Of a stretch of 64,000 bases of DNA, positions 52,571 to 64,000 are shown in pieces (the first letter of the stretch is position 1; each line of letters begins with the position of its first letter). Where the stretch lies: contig CAXHJY010000915.1 in assembly GCA_964016885.1 (NCBI GenBank), forward strand, positions 35,030-99,029. Reading direction: 5' to 3'. Under the pieces are notes generated by a model. That model was not told the origin of the DNA, ran no database searches, and saw only the letters and a program-made list of their open reading frames with translations. The DNA comes from Eledone cirrhosa. Its lineage: Eukaryota. A program made the position numbers and the translations under genes.

Positions 52571-52845
52571 TCACGATTTCTGATTTAGACACAAGGCCAA
52601 CAATTTCTGGGGAAAGAGAAAATCGATTAAATCGACCCCAGGGCCTAGATAAGGGGTGTAGGGCATACACCTCTCTTCCCATTTTCTGCTTTTATTTTTT
52701 CCATAATTTAATTTTGCTTTTCTTTCTACTTGTTTAATAAGAAACACACGCACCTGTTGCTTTCACTTCAATTTATTATAAGGAATTTATAAATTTCCGG
52801 TTGGTTGGTTGGTTGGTTCCACAACCAGATGATTGTTTATATATT

Positions 52846-52888
52846 GTCAAAGTTCTTTCGTCACACATTATGTGACCTCTTCAGTGAC
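52846..52888 (-). ncRNA. Minimal hammerhead motif
   Basis: Minus: GUCA-CUGAAGA-GGUCACA-UAAUG-UGUGAC-GAAAG-AA-CUU-UGAC; relatives at 60421-60460 (degenerate) and 63866-63908. Confidence 0.75.
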
Positions 52889-53153
52889 TGGGGATCCTTT
52901 TCTTTGTTTTTGTGCCTCTCCTTTGTTCTGTCCTACGCCATCTTGTTTTTGTGTGTGTTGTGTGCTTAGTTCGCGCATGTGTTACATCCGGGTGTCTGTG
53001 TGTGTTTATATTTGTTTATTTGTTTATTTATTTATAAATAAACAAATATTATTATATAAATATATTATTATAATAAATTGAAGTGACAGCAACTGGTGCC
53101 TGTGTTTCTTATTGGCAACATGACCCTCCCAAAGTATAACAATATTATATATA

Positions 53154-53213
<60 letters not shown>

Positions 53214-53350
53214 TTAAAACAATGAAATATAAAAAATGAAATAAAAAATGAAATAAAAAAGTATATCTCTAATGACTTGATTTTTTTATCTCATTGTTTT
53301 AACTTATATCATGACTCTGTTTTCCTTTTAATGTTTTATTGTTTTCCGAG

Positions 53351-53419
<69 letters not shown>

Positions 53420-53869
53420 AACATTTACAAATATATACACATATATACATACACATGCATACATACATACATACACAAATATACATACACATACACATAT
53501 ACATACACATATATACATATACATACATATACGTATGCATATGCATAAACACATATATATACACATATATACAAACACACACATCTATCTAGGGCGGGTA
53601 AAATTCTCGAGATCCATGGACGAGTTCTCTCCAGCGGTCTCTGTCCCTCATTATCGCTGCCATGTCCTGCGTCTCCAACAGACCAGGGTCTGTTGGTCCT
53701 TAGGGCATCAACATACGTTAACCTTGGTCTTCCTCTTCCAGTGTGTCCACATATATACATACACATGTGCATATGTGTATGTATATATATATATATATAT
53801 TGGTCAATTTGAACTCTGTTCCCAAACAGACCTGTAATTTTGAATTTTTGTTATTATCAATAAATATAT

Positions 53870-54022
53870 TTCATTATTTCTGAAGACGGCATATGTATGT
53901 GTTGGTATGTATATTAGATTTGATAGTTTGTATAATTTTGTATAATTTTGTACATAGATCTGTTGAATATGCATGCCAATTCTAACACATATATGTCCTA
54001 GAAACGATCGTTAAATAATGAA
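53870..54022 (+). ncRNA. Hammerhead motif with a long stem II insertion
   Basis: UUCAUUAUUU-CUGAAGA-about 115 nt-GAAAC-GAUC-GUU-AAAUAAUGAA; perfect 10-bp stem I; AACGAUCGUU palindrome. Confidence 0.75.
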
Positions 54023-54264
54023 CTTTTTTTGTTTAATATAAGGAACTGTTTCATTGTTTTATTCATTATTTTTTTAATACTTTATCTTGACTCTGTATTC
54101 CGTTTGTCTTTCACCGAAAGTGATTTTTGAATGCATCTCTTCTTTCCATGATATCCGGATTACATTGAGTTCTTCATACGGATTGGACACTACCGTAAAC
54201 TCTTGGTAGATTTATCTATATATATATATATATATATATATAAGGACAAAAACCTGATTCCGTC

Positions 54265-54647
54265 AGGGAAATGACCATCCGTTGGATGTGCAGTGTAAAT
54301 GTGCGTGAACGACTCAGCATGAATGTGTTGAGAGAGAAACTGTGTCTGAGAGGGATAGAATGTAGTGTACGGGAGAGGAGACTGAGGTGGTATGGACATG
54401 TGATGCGCATGGAGGATGACCGATGGGTGAAGAAGTGCCAGGAAATGCCAGTTGAAGGAAGACGTGGTAGAGGTAGACCAGGAAAAACATGGGCGGAGGT
54501 GGTGAGAACAGACCTCAGATCATTGAAGCTCACGGTGGAGATGACGAAGGTCCGTGACGAGTGGAGAGATGCTGTGCTGAATAAGACCCGTCCCACCCTT
54601 GCAAGCAGGGAAAAGCGGACGTAAAATGATGATGATGATGAAAATGA

Positions 54648-54650
<3 letters not shown>
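54265..54650 (+). mobile_element. RTE LINE 3' fragment
   Basis: RERRLRWYGHVMRM..GRRGRGRPGKTW..; tail GGACGTAAAA(TGA)n. Confidence 0.85.
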
Positions 54651-54694
<44 letters not shown>

Positions 54695-54960
54695 CACACA
54701 CATACATACATATACATACACACACTACCACTACCAATTACTATTGTATATTTGGCATGGTTTTTTACTCGCTGTTGCTGCTGCTGTTGTTGTTGTTATT
54801 TTTACTGGCGTTCCTTTCATTGTTGCTTTTGTTGTTGTCATTGTTATTGTTGTTGTTGTTGTCGTCGTTGTTATTGTTGTTATTGTTGTTATTGTTGTTG
54901 TTGTTGTTGTTGTTATCTATTCTAAATGTGATTGGTTATTCTTATCAACCCGGAACATTG

Positions 54961-55460
54961 TTAGAAGTGGATACTGGAGAGAGAGGTTGTTGAGGAGGTG
55001 GGGGTGGAGTGGTGGGGGATTATAGTGGAGGTGGGGGTGGGGGTAGAGTGGAGTGGGGGGTAGAGTGGAGGTGGGGGTGGAGTGGGGGGAGGATTATAGT
55101 GGAGGTGGGGTGGGGGAGTAGAGTGAAGGTGGGGGTGGGAGGTGAAGTGGTGGAGGGAATAGAGTGGGGGGATGAGGGATGGATGGGGGTGCAGTGGATG
55201 TGCAAGTAGAGTGGAGGGGTGGGGGTGGGAGGTGAAGTGGTGGAGGGAATAGAGTGGGGGGATGAGGGATGAATGGGGGTGGAGTGGATGTGCAAGTAGA
55301 GTGGAGGTGGGGGGGGGGGGGGTTAGAAGTGGATACTGGAGAGAGAGGCTGGGGAGGATTGGAGTGGAGGTGAGATTAGAATGGTGTTGAGTGGAGTAGA
55401 GTGGAGTGTGAGGGATGGAGTGGGGGTGGAGTGGTGAGGGATAGAGTAGAGATGGGAAGG
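54961..55460. repeat. G-rich, purine-biased degenerate repeat
   Basis: Many GGGGGTGG/GGAGTGG runs and a duplicated block of about 78 bp. Confidence 0.8.
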
Positions 55461-55667
55461 GATGTAGAAACAAACGACGGAGGGGGAGGAAGAATCCTGA
55501 TAAGAAGCTGGAGTTATATGAATGAGTTTGTGTGGATGTATATATGTGTATGTATGTTTATGTATGTATATGTACATACATATATACATACATACAAACA
55601 TTTTTACATACATACATATAGACACATACAAACATTTTTACATACATACATACACACACACATTCTT

Positions 55668-56240
55668 ACATGATGGCCGCACACTCGTGTTCGAACATTG
55701 CCATCGCCTGATAAAATGCTCAAAAATGTGAGGCACGAATGTGGCTCTTTAAACCAGCCAAAGACTTGCACCCTCTGGCACAAACATGGCAACTGTAGGC
55801 TTCTCTGGGACTTTCCATTGCTTGGTTCTGATTGTGTGTTCTCATAAGGCATTCCAAAAACTTGCCCAAGAACAGTCTAGGGAGGACCTCGTGTGTCTTG
55901 TTGGTGGCAGTCTAAAGACATGTCCAAGAAATCTGAGACAACGATCTTTCACTGAGATGCTTAGTGCTTTCTGCTTGGTTCTTCCATAGACTTCTTCATT
56001 GGTTATTTTGTCTTGCCAAGAAATGTTAAGAATTTTTCCGAGGCACTTCTGGTGGAATACATCTAGCTTGTGGGCAAGTCCTGCTGTCATCTTCCACGTT
56101 TCACTGCCATAGGTGGCAGCTGGGATGACCAGAGAATTGTACAGAGCTATCTTGCGTTTTAGAGTCATCTGATTAGATTGTCAGATGTTTCTAAAACTCC
56201 CAAAGACAGAGCCTGCTTTTCCAATTCTGTTCGGCACATC
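55668..56240 (-). pseudogene. RTE (BovB-like) LINE 3' fragment with a C-terminal zinc finger
   Basis: LYNSLVIPAATYGSETW..LDVFHQKCLGKILNISWQDKITNEEV..LRFLGHV; ends CHVCARGCKSLAGLKSHIRASHF*. Confidence 0.85.
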
Positions 56241-57504
56241 TTGCTCCCTGCCACACCCGATTTCTTGTGTTGCTGCTTCTGTAGCTGATTAAACTTCTTA
56301 TCGAAGCAGGGAGCTGACCTACCACTGAACCACCTTGCAGTTACTTGGTAAGGCTGAAGAAGGATCTTAGCCTCTGAAAACTAGTCCCCCTGGTCTGTCC
56401 GTCAACCACTGCAGCTGCCAGTGAACTTAACAGTTGCCATCACAAGAAGGTAGACCGGAGCTATTTTCTGTCTACTCCCAGGTCGGTTGTCCCCTCACAT
56501 CACATACTTCATATTGCACAAGTCATAGAGGTGAATATGTATCCGATATCAGAGATGGTTTCCTCTTTGGTGTCCACCATTCCGCAAGTATGATGAGAGA
56601 AAACACAGAAATATATACACATGTATACGTTATTTGGATGACCGTTGACACTATTGAGTTCCCCCGCCCTTTGCTGCAGGCTGTCCAAAAATCACCCTCG
56701 CCAACAATCAAGCTTGGTGGGGAGACAGATTTTGTCGCCGACGACCAGACCATGTCGGATGTCAGGTGGCGCTCGAGTGCTACTGGTAACATGTATCCCA
56801 GCACAACCTGTAACATACATACATACACAGACACACATACATACATACATACATACATACATACATACATACACACACAGACACACATACATACATACAT
56901 ACATACATACATACATACACAGACACACATACATACATACATACATACATACACACACAGACACACATACATACACACACAGACACACATACATACATAC
57001 ATACATACATACATACATACATACATACATACACAGACACACATACATACATACATACATACATACATACATACATACACAGACACACATACATACACAC
57101 ACAGACACACATACATACATACATACATACACACATACATACATACATACATACATACACAGACACACATACATACATACATACATACATACATACATAC
57201 ATACATACATACATACACACACAGACACATACATACATACACACACAGACACACATACATACATACATACATACATACATACATACATACATACATACAT
57301 ACATACACACACAGACACACATACATACATACATACATACATACATACATACATACATACACACACAGACACACATACATACATACATACATACATACAC
57401 AGACACACATACATACATACACAGACACACACACATACATACATACATACATACATACATACATACATACATACATACATACATACATACATACATACAT
57501 ACAC

Positions 57505-58232
57505 AATGCAATACAGGAACAAGAACTCCCTACCAAATATCTGCTGCACAAAAGAGGAGGGCCAGCAGCTGACAATAAATGTAGGCTATGTAAAACAAAG
57601 ATCGAGGATGTAAGCCACATTGTTGCCAGCTGCGAAAGAATGTCATCTCGCTACTACCTCCCCATGAGACACGATGGGATAGCTAGAACCATCTGAAACG
57701 CACTTCGGAAAACAAAATTAACAACAAACGAGGAAGAATATATTGAGACAGATGGCACTAAGGAATACTGGTGGAACCTGAAAATAAAAACTGCCACCAG
57801 ATTAAAGCACAACCGGCCTGATATTGTAGTTTGGGACCACACATTGAAAACGTGTTCTGTTGTGGAGATCAGCTGCCCACTTGATGTAAACGTTGTCAGA
57901 AAAATACAGGAGAAGGAGGACATCTACGGACCATTGATGAGGAGTTTACAAATCCAGTATCCAAGATACACCTTTAGCTTCATACCCATCATTATTGGTG
58001 CTACGGGTTATATACCAACCCGCTTGGACCAAAGTATGACTGAACTTGGATTTGCGGACAAAAATTTCAGCTCCCTAATTCATAGTCTACAAATGGCTGC
58101 GATAGCTGGCACCTTCAAAATTTGCAAAACATTCTTGCGATTCAAGGGATGACAATTTCTTTTCTTTTACAACCTTGCCACCAGGAAGGTGGCCGGTCAA
58201 AAAAATATACTCGAAATTAAGAGAAAGAGATA
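57505..58232 (+). pseudogene. R4/Dong-clade LINE 3' fragment (CCHC knuckle plus restriction-like endonuclease) in (CATA)n
   Basis: AIQEQ..CRLC....EDVSHIVASC..RHD..NRPDIVV..VEISCP..EK..Y..IPIIIGATG; one in-frame TGA at 57694. Confidence 0.85.
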
Positions 58233-58322
58233 ACACAGACATACATACATACATACACAGACACACATACATACACAGACACACATACATACATACACAG
58301 ACACACATACATACATACATAC

Positions 58323-58882
58323 ATGGTGGCTGCCAACTCGTTTTCGAGTACGACCACTACTTTATATCCATGTAGGAGAACCCCTACCGATGCGCTGAAC
58401 GAGTGTGACTTTTTAGTCCAGCCAGCGACTTGAAAACTCTGGTACAAACACTACACTTGTGACAACTATTGACACATAGTGTTGGGCCCATGGTACCATG
58501 TGACGACAAGTGCGGAGAGATCTCCAGATATAAAGCAATGCCTGTACCGTGAAGCTTTTATAGTGAGCAAAGGCACTGCACAAAGCCAGTCCCACTCTCT
58601 TAACCAAGATGATATTTACCAAAAAGAAGAACTAGTCAACATCATTGGATACCATCAGGGTTGCAGGTGTTATATCAGAGTTTTCCTTCTCCTAGAATTC
58701 TGCCTTGACAAAGGCTAAGGGGTCATCTCTCCCAGTGATTTTGGATGGCCATTGACACTTAAGAGCTCCTTTGCCCTTTGACAGGTTTTGTTTTTAGTCC
58801 TGCAGGATGTCCAAAGTCACCCTCCTCACCAAGAAACCTTGATGGGGTTGCCAGTTTAGTCGCCAACGACCCGACCATGAGA
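58323..58882 (-). mobile_element. Bipartite RTE-derived element, slightly 5'-truncated
   Basis: Matches 26658-27218; (CATA)n flanks. Confidence 0.85.
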
Positions 58883-59484
58883 CATACATACATACATACA
58901 CAGACACACACACACACACACATACATACATACATACACAGACACACATACATACATACATACACAGACACACACACATACATACGTACATACATACATA
59001 CATACATACATACACAGACACACATACATACGTACATACATACATACACAGACACACATACATACATACATACATACACAGACACACACACATACATACA
59101 TACATACATACATACATACACAGACACACATACATACACAGACACACATACATACATACACAGACACACACACATACATACATACATGATGATGATGGCT
59201 GCCCCCTCGTTATCGAGTATGGCCATTGCACGATATACTATTATTAATAATTATCAATTAATTCTATCGGGCAATGCCTGTGCGTGAAGATATTTTTTAA
59301 AGTGAGGAAAGACTGTGCACTGAGCCAATCCCACTCTCTGAGCGACAGCAGTTATAACCCGAAAAGAAGAAAAGTGTGTAAATATGTATATACACATGTA
59401 CATGTGTGTGTATATGTGTATATGCATGGGTGCATGTATATGTATATGCGCGGGGACATAGAAATAGTGGGGCTGGACACCCGA

Positions 59485-59752
59485 TCTGCCCAGCAGATGC
59501 CAATATAATATCAAAGATTAGTGAAAAGGAGAATATTTATGCAGAACTGATGAGAAATCTGCAGATACTCCACCCTGATTACACTTTCAGATTTATACCT
59601 GTGATTATAGGGGCACTGGGGTATATTAGTAACTGCCTGAATACAAATCTTGAGAAGCTGGGCTTCACAGGAACAGAAAGAACACAACTAGTTAGGATAT
59701 TACAAGTACAATCCATTAATGGAACAGTAAAAATATGTAAAACATTCCAAAC
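59485..59752 (+). pseudogene. R4/Dong-clade endonuclease-end fragment
   Basis: CPADANIISKISEKENIYAELMRNLQ..FIPVIIGALG..GTVKICKTF, homologous to 57870-58140; a shorter end lies at about 27552-27600. Confidence 0.8.
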
Positions 59753-59870
59753 GAGATGTAAAATTCCATTAATATGTTACCAGTCGGACGTGTTCACTTC
59801 GCCGACCAATATATATATATATGTGTGTGTGTGTTTGTGTATGTGTGTGTGTGTGTATGTTTTGTGTATA

Positions 59871-60241
59871 CAATTGTCCCACGGTATTTGCAGGAAGTTA
59901 CGTTCCTAGAGCCCCCGTGAAGAGTGAAAAATCGCGAATATTGGACGTGATCAATAAAAATGCCTCCAAACGTCAAAATATAACGTAAAATATAATTTTA
60001 AAAAAAAAGGAAGCGTTTTATGCGAAGGGGCGTCCAATAGGCCGGCAAATATGGTATATTGTTATACGGTATATTGTTATAATTTAGCGTAAAAAAATAT
60101 TGCCACGAAAAAAGCCATGAAAATATCGTGGAAGATATTTACGATTCCGCGAATATGCGGTGGTTTCCACGAACAGTTATTACTTAGGTTCTAAGGAAAA
60201 TTCCGCGAATAACCGGTACAGCGAATGCCGGGGGTACATTG
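59871..60241. mobile_element. pogo/Tigger-like MITE
   Basis: TA-CAATTGTCCCACGGTATTTGC ... GCGAATGCCGGGGGTACATTG-TA with internal CCGCGAATA motifs. Confidence 0.65.
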
Positions 60242-60486
60242 TATATATATTTATACATTTCGTTTTTGTATTTGTTTTGTAAGATTTCTTATCTGAAAAC
60301 GTGTGTTAAAAGAGATATTGTTATACTTCGGGAGGGTCATGTTGGAAATAAGAGCATACAAAGCCCAGAAAAACAAGATGGTGTAATCAGAACAAAGGAG
60401 AGATACAAAATAACACATTAGTCACTGGGGAGGTCACAGAATGTTTGACGAAAGAATTACCGAGGTTAACATATGTTGATGCCCTA

Positions 60487-60546
<60 letters not shown>

Positions 60547-61160
60547 CACACACACACATACATATATATATGCTTTAGCACGCCAAGTGTCAGTACATAC
60601 GTCTTAGTACATATGTCCGCGTATCTACCTGGTAGGTGAGAAGAAAGCATTTACCTTCACTGTCAGCCATGATAAGCCCTAACCTATATCCTCTGTTGAT
60701 ACCATCTGACATTAAGGGTGAGGCTAGTCACGCACATGATATCGCTTAGATTGTCGTGGCTTAGATGGAATTAGACAACGAATGACCAAAACAAAGCAAC
60801 AGGTCGACATGATGTAGCCGTGATAGGTATATTTCCAGCGTTGTGGGACAAGTCTCGTACATTGTCCTAGATACACCCATCAAATACATGTTTCCTTCTG
60901 GCTGAATTAGATGATATACATGCCTTCTCATTAAGGTTCAATTAGATCCGATAATCGATTAAAGGTGTTTATCAATTTTTACATATTAGATATGTGTATA
61001 CACTTTCTTACACGTTGGTACAGTCTCGGGTACACACTCCGTATGTGTTTATATATATATTATATATTTGTGTGTGTGTGTGTGTCGGGATCAATCGGCG
61101 GTAACCACAGTAAGTACGGTACTCAATACATAGCAGATTATGATTTTTAATATAGAAAAG

Positions 61161-61210
61161 GCTTCTACAGGTCTAGAACTGTTTCATTCGAAGGAAATCA
61201 TCAGGAAAGC
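61161..61210 (-). ncRNA. Hammerhead motif (41796 family) in a fold-back element
   Basis: Minus: GCUUUC-CUGAUGA..GAAAC-AG..CU-GUA-GAAGC; degraded mirror at 61212-61265; a related stem-II-centred palindrome at 62160-62280. Confidence 0.7.
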
Positions 61211-61278
61211 TCTTTCCAAATGATTTCCTTCGAATGAAACAGTTCTAGTCCGGAGAATCCATTTCTATATTATATATG

Positions 61279-61331
<53 letters not shown>

Positions 61332-61338
61332 TGTGTGT

Positions 61339-61374
<36 letters not shown>

Positions 61375-61400
61375 GTGTGTGTGTATATATGCATATATAT

Positions 61401-61868
61401 ATAAAGGGCGGAAGAACTCATAAGAGTCAACGGCCATCCAAAAGTGTGTAAATATGTATATACACAGTACATATGTATGTATATCTGTATATACATGGGT
61501 GCATGTGTATGTATATGCGCGGGACATAGAAATAGTCGGGCTGGACACCTGATCGTGCGGTTAAACCACTGGGAGTAAAGGACCCCTAGCCTTTGTCAGG
61601 GCATTCTTCTAGGAGAAGGCAACTCAGGAAACTGGGATGACTCCGATATAAAACCCGCGGCTCAGTAGTTACCGATGATGTTGATCTATTCTTCTTTTCG
61701 GGTTATAGCTACTGTCTCTCAGAGAGTGAAATTGGCTCAGTGCACAGTCTTTCCTCACTTTAAAAAATATCTTCACGTACAGGCATTGCACGATAGAATT
61801 AATTGATAATTATTAATAATAGTATATCGTGCAATGGCCATACTCGATAACGAGGGGGCAAGCCATCA
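61401..61868 (+). mobile_element. Second subfamily of the bipartite RTE-derived element
   Basis: AAGAGTCAACGGCCATCC, CTAGGAGAAGG and GGCCATACTCGATAACGAG..GCCATCAT blocks; a rearranged copy lies at 59188-59485. Confidence 0.7.
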
Positions 61869-62045
61869 TATATATATATATATATACGATATTAACAAAT
61901 GGGAAACTATATTTATAAAACCATATCTATTTTATTATACATATTTCAAGGATACCATGTTAAATTATGGTATGCTTTCATCAGACAAAATACAATATAT
62001 ACCAGTTTTATAAGAAATATTGACATACCCTTTAAATAGAACTTT

Positions 62046-62090
<45 letters not shown>

Positions 62091-62276
62091 GTGTGTGTGT
62101 GTGTCCCGGTTTAGTTGGGGGTAACCACAGTAAGGCACTCAATACATTAGTAGAGTGTATACAACAAATTTAACATAGAAATGGTTTCTACAAGACTAGA
62201 ACTGTTTCATTCGAAGGAAATTATCTTCGAATGAAACAGTTCTAGTCTTGTAGAAGCCACTTCTATATTAAATTTG

Positions 62277-62346
<70 letters not shown>

Positions 62347-62398
62347 GGTAAACAGAAATAACAATACAATCGGTACAGTATATGGAAGGGATATATTA

Positions 62399-62434
62399 GG
62401 TTAACGTTTCGGACGCTAGTCCTTCATCAGAAGA
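62399..62434 (-). ncRNA. Minimal hammerhead motif lacking a stem III loop
   Basis: Minus: UU-CUGAUGA-AGGAC-UAGC-GUCC-GAAAC-GUU-AA; AACGUU palindrome; stem I weak. Confidence 0.6.
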
Positions 62435-62698
62435 ACGAATGAGAAATAAGATAGATTGAGGGGACGGGCGGGCGGGATGGAATTGGAAACAATGACTTTA
62501 GATAAAAATAACAGGTCCATTCATGTTGACATCTTTTGCAAAACTGTTGGTGCTGGCGTTTTGTGTATACAACAGTGTTATCTATCTTAGTTGATACGGA
62601 GTAACTTCCTGGTGATAAGGAGATCCTAGCGACCACTACACGGCAGTAGTATATCCCAAGTAGGTGATACTGAGTGACGGAATATTCATTTTATCAAA

Positions 62699-62870
62699 TA
62701 ATTGTTTCTACTTTTGGCACAAGGCCAGCAATTATCCCAGTGCATTTCTGGTACTTTATTTCATCGACCCCGTAAGGATGAAAGGCAAAGTTAACCTCGG
62801 CGGGATTTGAACTCAGACCATAAAGGACCGTAACTCTATGCTGCAAAGCATGGCGTCCGACACTACCGAT
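62699..62870 (-). mobile_element. SINE family A copy
   Basis: Family motifs as in the other copies. Confidence 0.8.
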
Positions 62871-62934
62871 TCACATCAAATAATGGTAGTTAAGACAGGA
62901 TTAAATTAATTATGTCCTGCATAAACAAAAACTA

Positions 62935-62973
<39 letters not shown>

Positions 62974-63270
62974 AATAATGATGAAAGACCCGTTACATCA
63001 TTACTGACGGCTTAGTTACATTAACACTTTGATAAAACAATGTTTTTAAGAAAGGCCGCTGACGATGCTGAAAATCAGATTATTAATCTCTAGAAGGAAT
63101 AATTATTCTATTTTTATACATAATTAAATACACAGTTAATTACTATTATGCCTGTGTATCTTAACTGACTAATTAATTATCTGGTCAGTTATTATGTCCG
63201 TATTTAATACCATATTGTAGAAACAGACGTGTTTCTTTACTGCAGTAATGGCCGCTGTCAAATTTTTTCA

Positions 63271-63384
<114 letters not shown>

Positions 63385-63705
63385 CCCCTCTCTCTCTCTC
63401 TCTCTCTCGACTGGGACTGGCACTGGTCTAGGCTGGTCTGGATACCATTTCTCTGTCACCTGAAGTCTGGATGGCTGCAGGAACAAAGAAGAAACGGTTA
63501 GGCAATGTATATACAGGGTATCCCAATATATATATAGACACACTTCAACAGCATTCTAATAAATATTGTTTGTACAGTTAATCAAAGTGTGTATACATTT
63601 TGGGGACATCTTGTATATACATACACGATAAAGATAATTGTGAAGTTGGGAGAAAATGTTTACCGTAAGTATATATATATACTTACGATAAATATGTATA
63701 TGTAA

Positions 63706-63751
<46 letters not shown>

Positions 63752-63865
63752 TTATATATATATATATGTGTGTGTGTGTGTATGTGTTGGAGTTCACGAA
63801 AAATAATTAAAATTGGCAATTAATAATATTTTGTCTAATTATATTGGACAAAAAATAACAAATTA

Positions 63866-63908
63866 GTCACTGAGGAGGTCACAGAATGTGTGACGAAACT
63901 GCTTTGAC
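63866..63908 (+). ncRNA. Hammerhead motif (52846 family) with a mutated stem III
   Basis: GUCA-CUGAGGA-GGUCACA-GAAUG-UGUGAC-GAAAC-UGCUU-UGAC. Confidence 0.55.
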
Positions 63909-64000
63909 AATAAACAAATAAAGAACCATCCGGTTATTAAGCTAACCGACCGCAGGGGCCGGCTGTCGATGAAACAACACCACGAGTCCGGCTGGCCCCT

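Noticed and set aside
57694-57696. In-frame TGA as selenocysteine or programmed readthrough
   Set aside because: It is not at a Cys position, no SECIS was recognised, and the copy is a truncated relic; a nonsense mutation is simpler.

Overview
AT-rich, microsatellite-saturated animal genomic DNA. Coleoid cephalopod (octopus-like) origin is inferred from the KRAB-less CEICGKSF/TGEKP zinc-finger array, the CORE-type and RTE-tailed tRNA-SINEs, and the extreme (TA)n/(CATA)n content. Two host coding exons are supported: a 17-finger C2H2 zinc-finger ORF (2441-4000) and a short ankyrin-repeat ORF (36964-37536). Most of the remaining recognisable sequence is mobile DNA: RTE, R4/Dong and CRE non-LTR fragments, a 5'-truncated Penelope-like element (RT thumb plus GIY-YIG), Helitrons, piggyBac/hAT/pogo/Tc1 MITEs, a Merlin (IS1595-like) transposase remnant, SINEs and TE-derived tandem repeats. 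The strongest signal not shown by the ORF track is about 20 type-I hammerhead-ribozyme motifs, read by eye on both strands, from roughly ten sequence families. Most sit in short, often palindromic (fold-back) elements next to (TA)n, and one family is directly linked to the Penelope-like ORF. All calls come from visual motif reading; no database search or folding was run.
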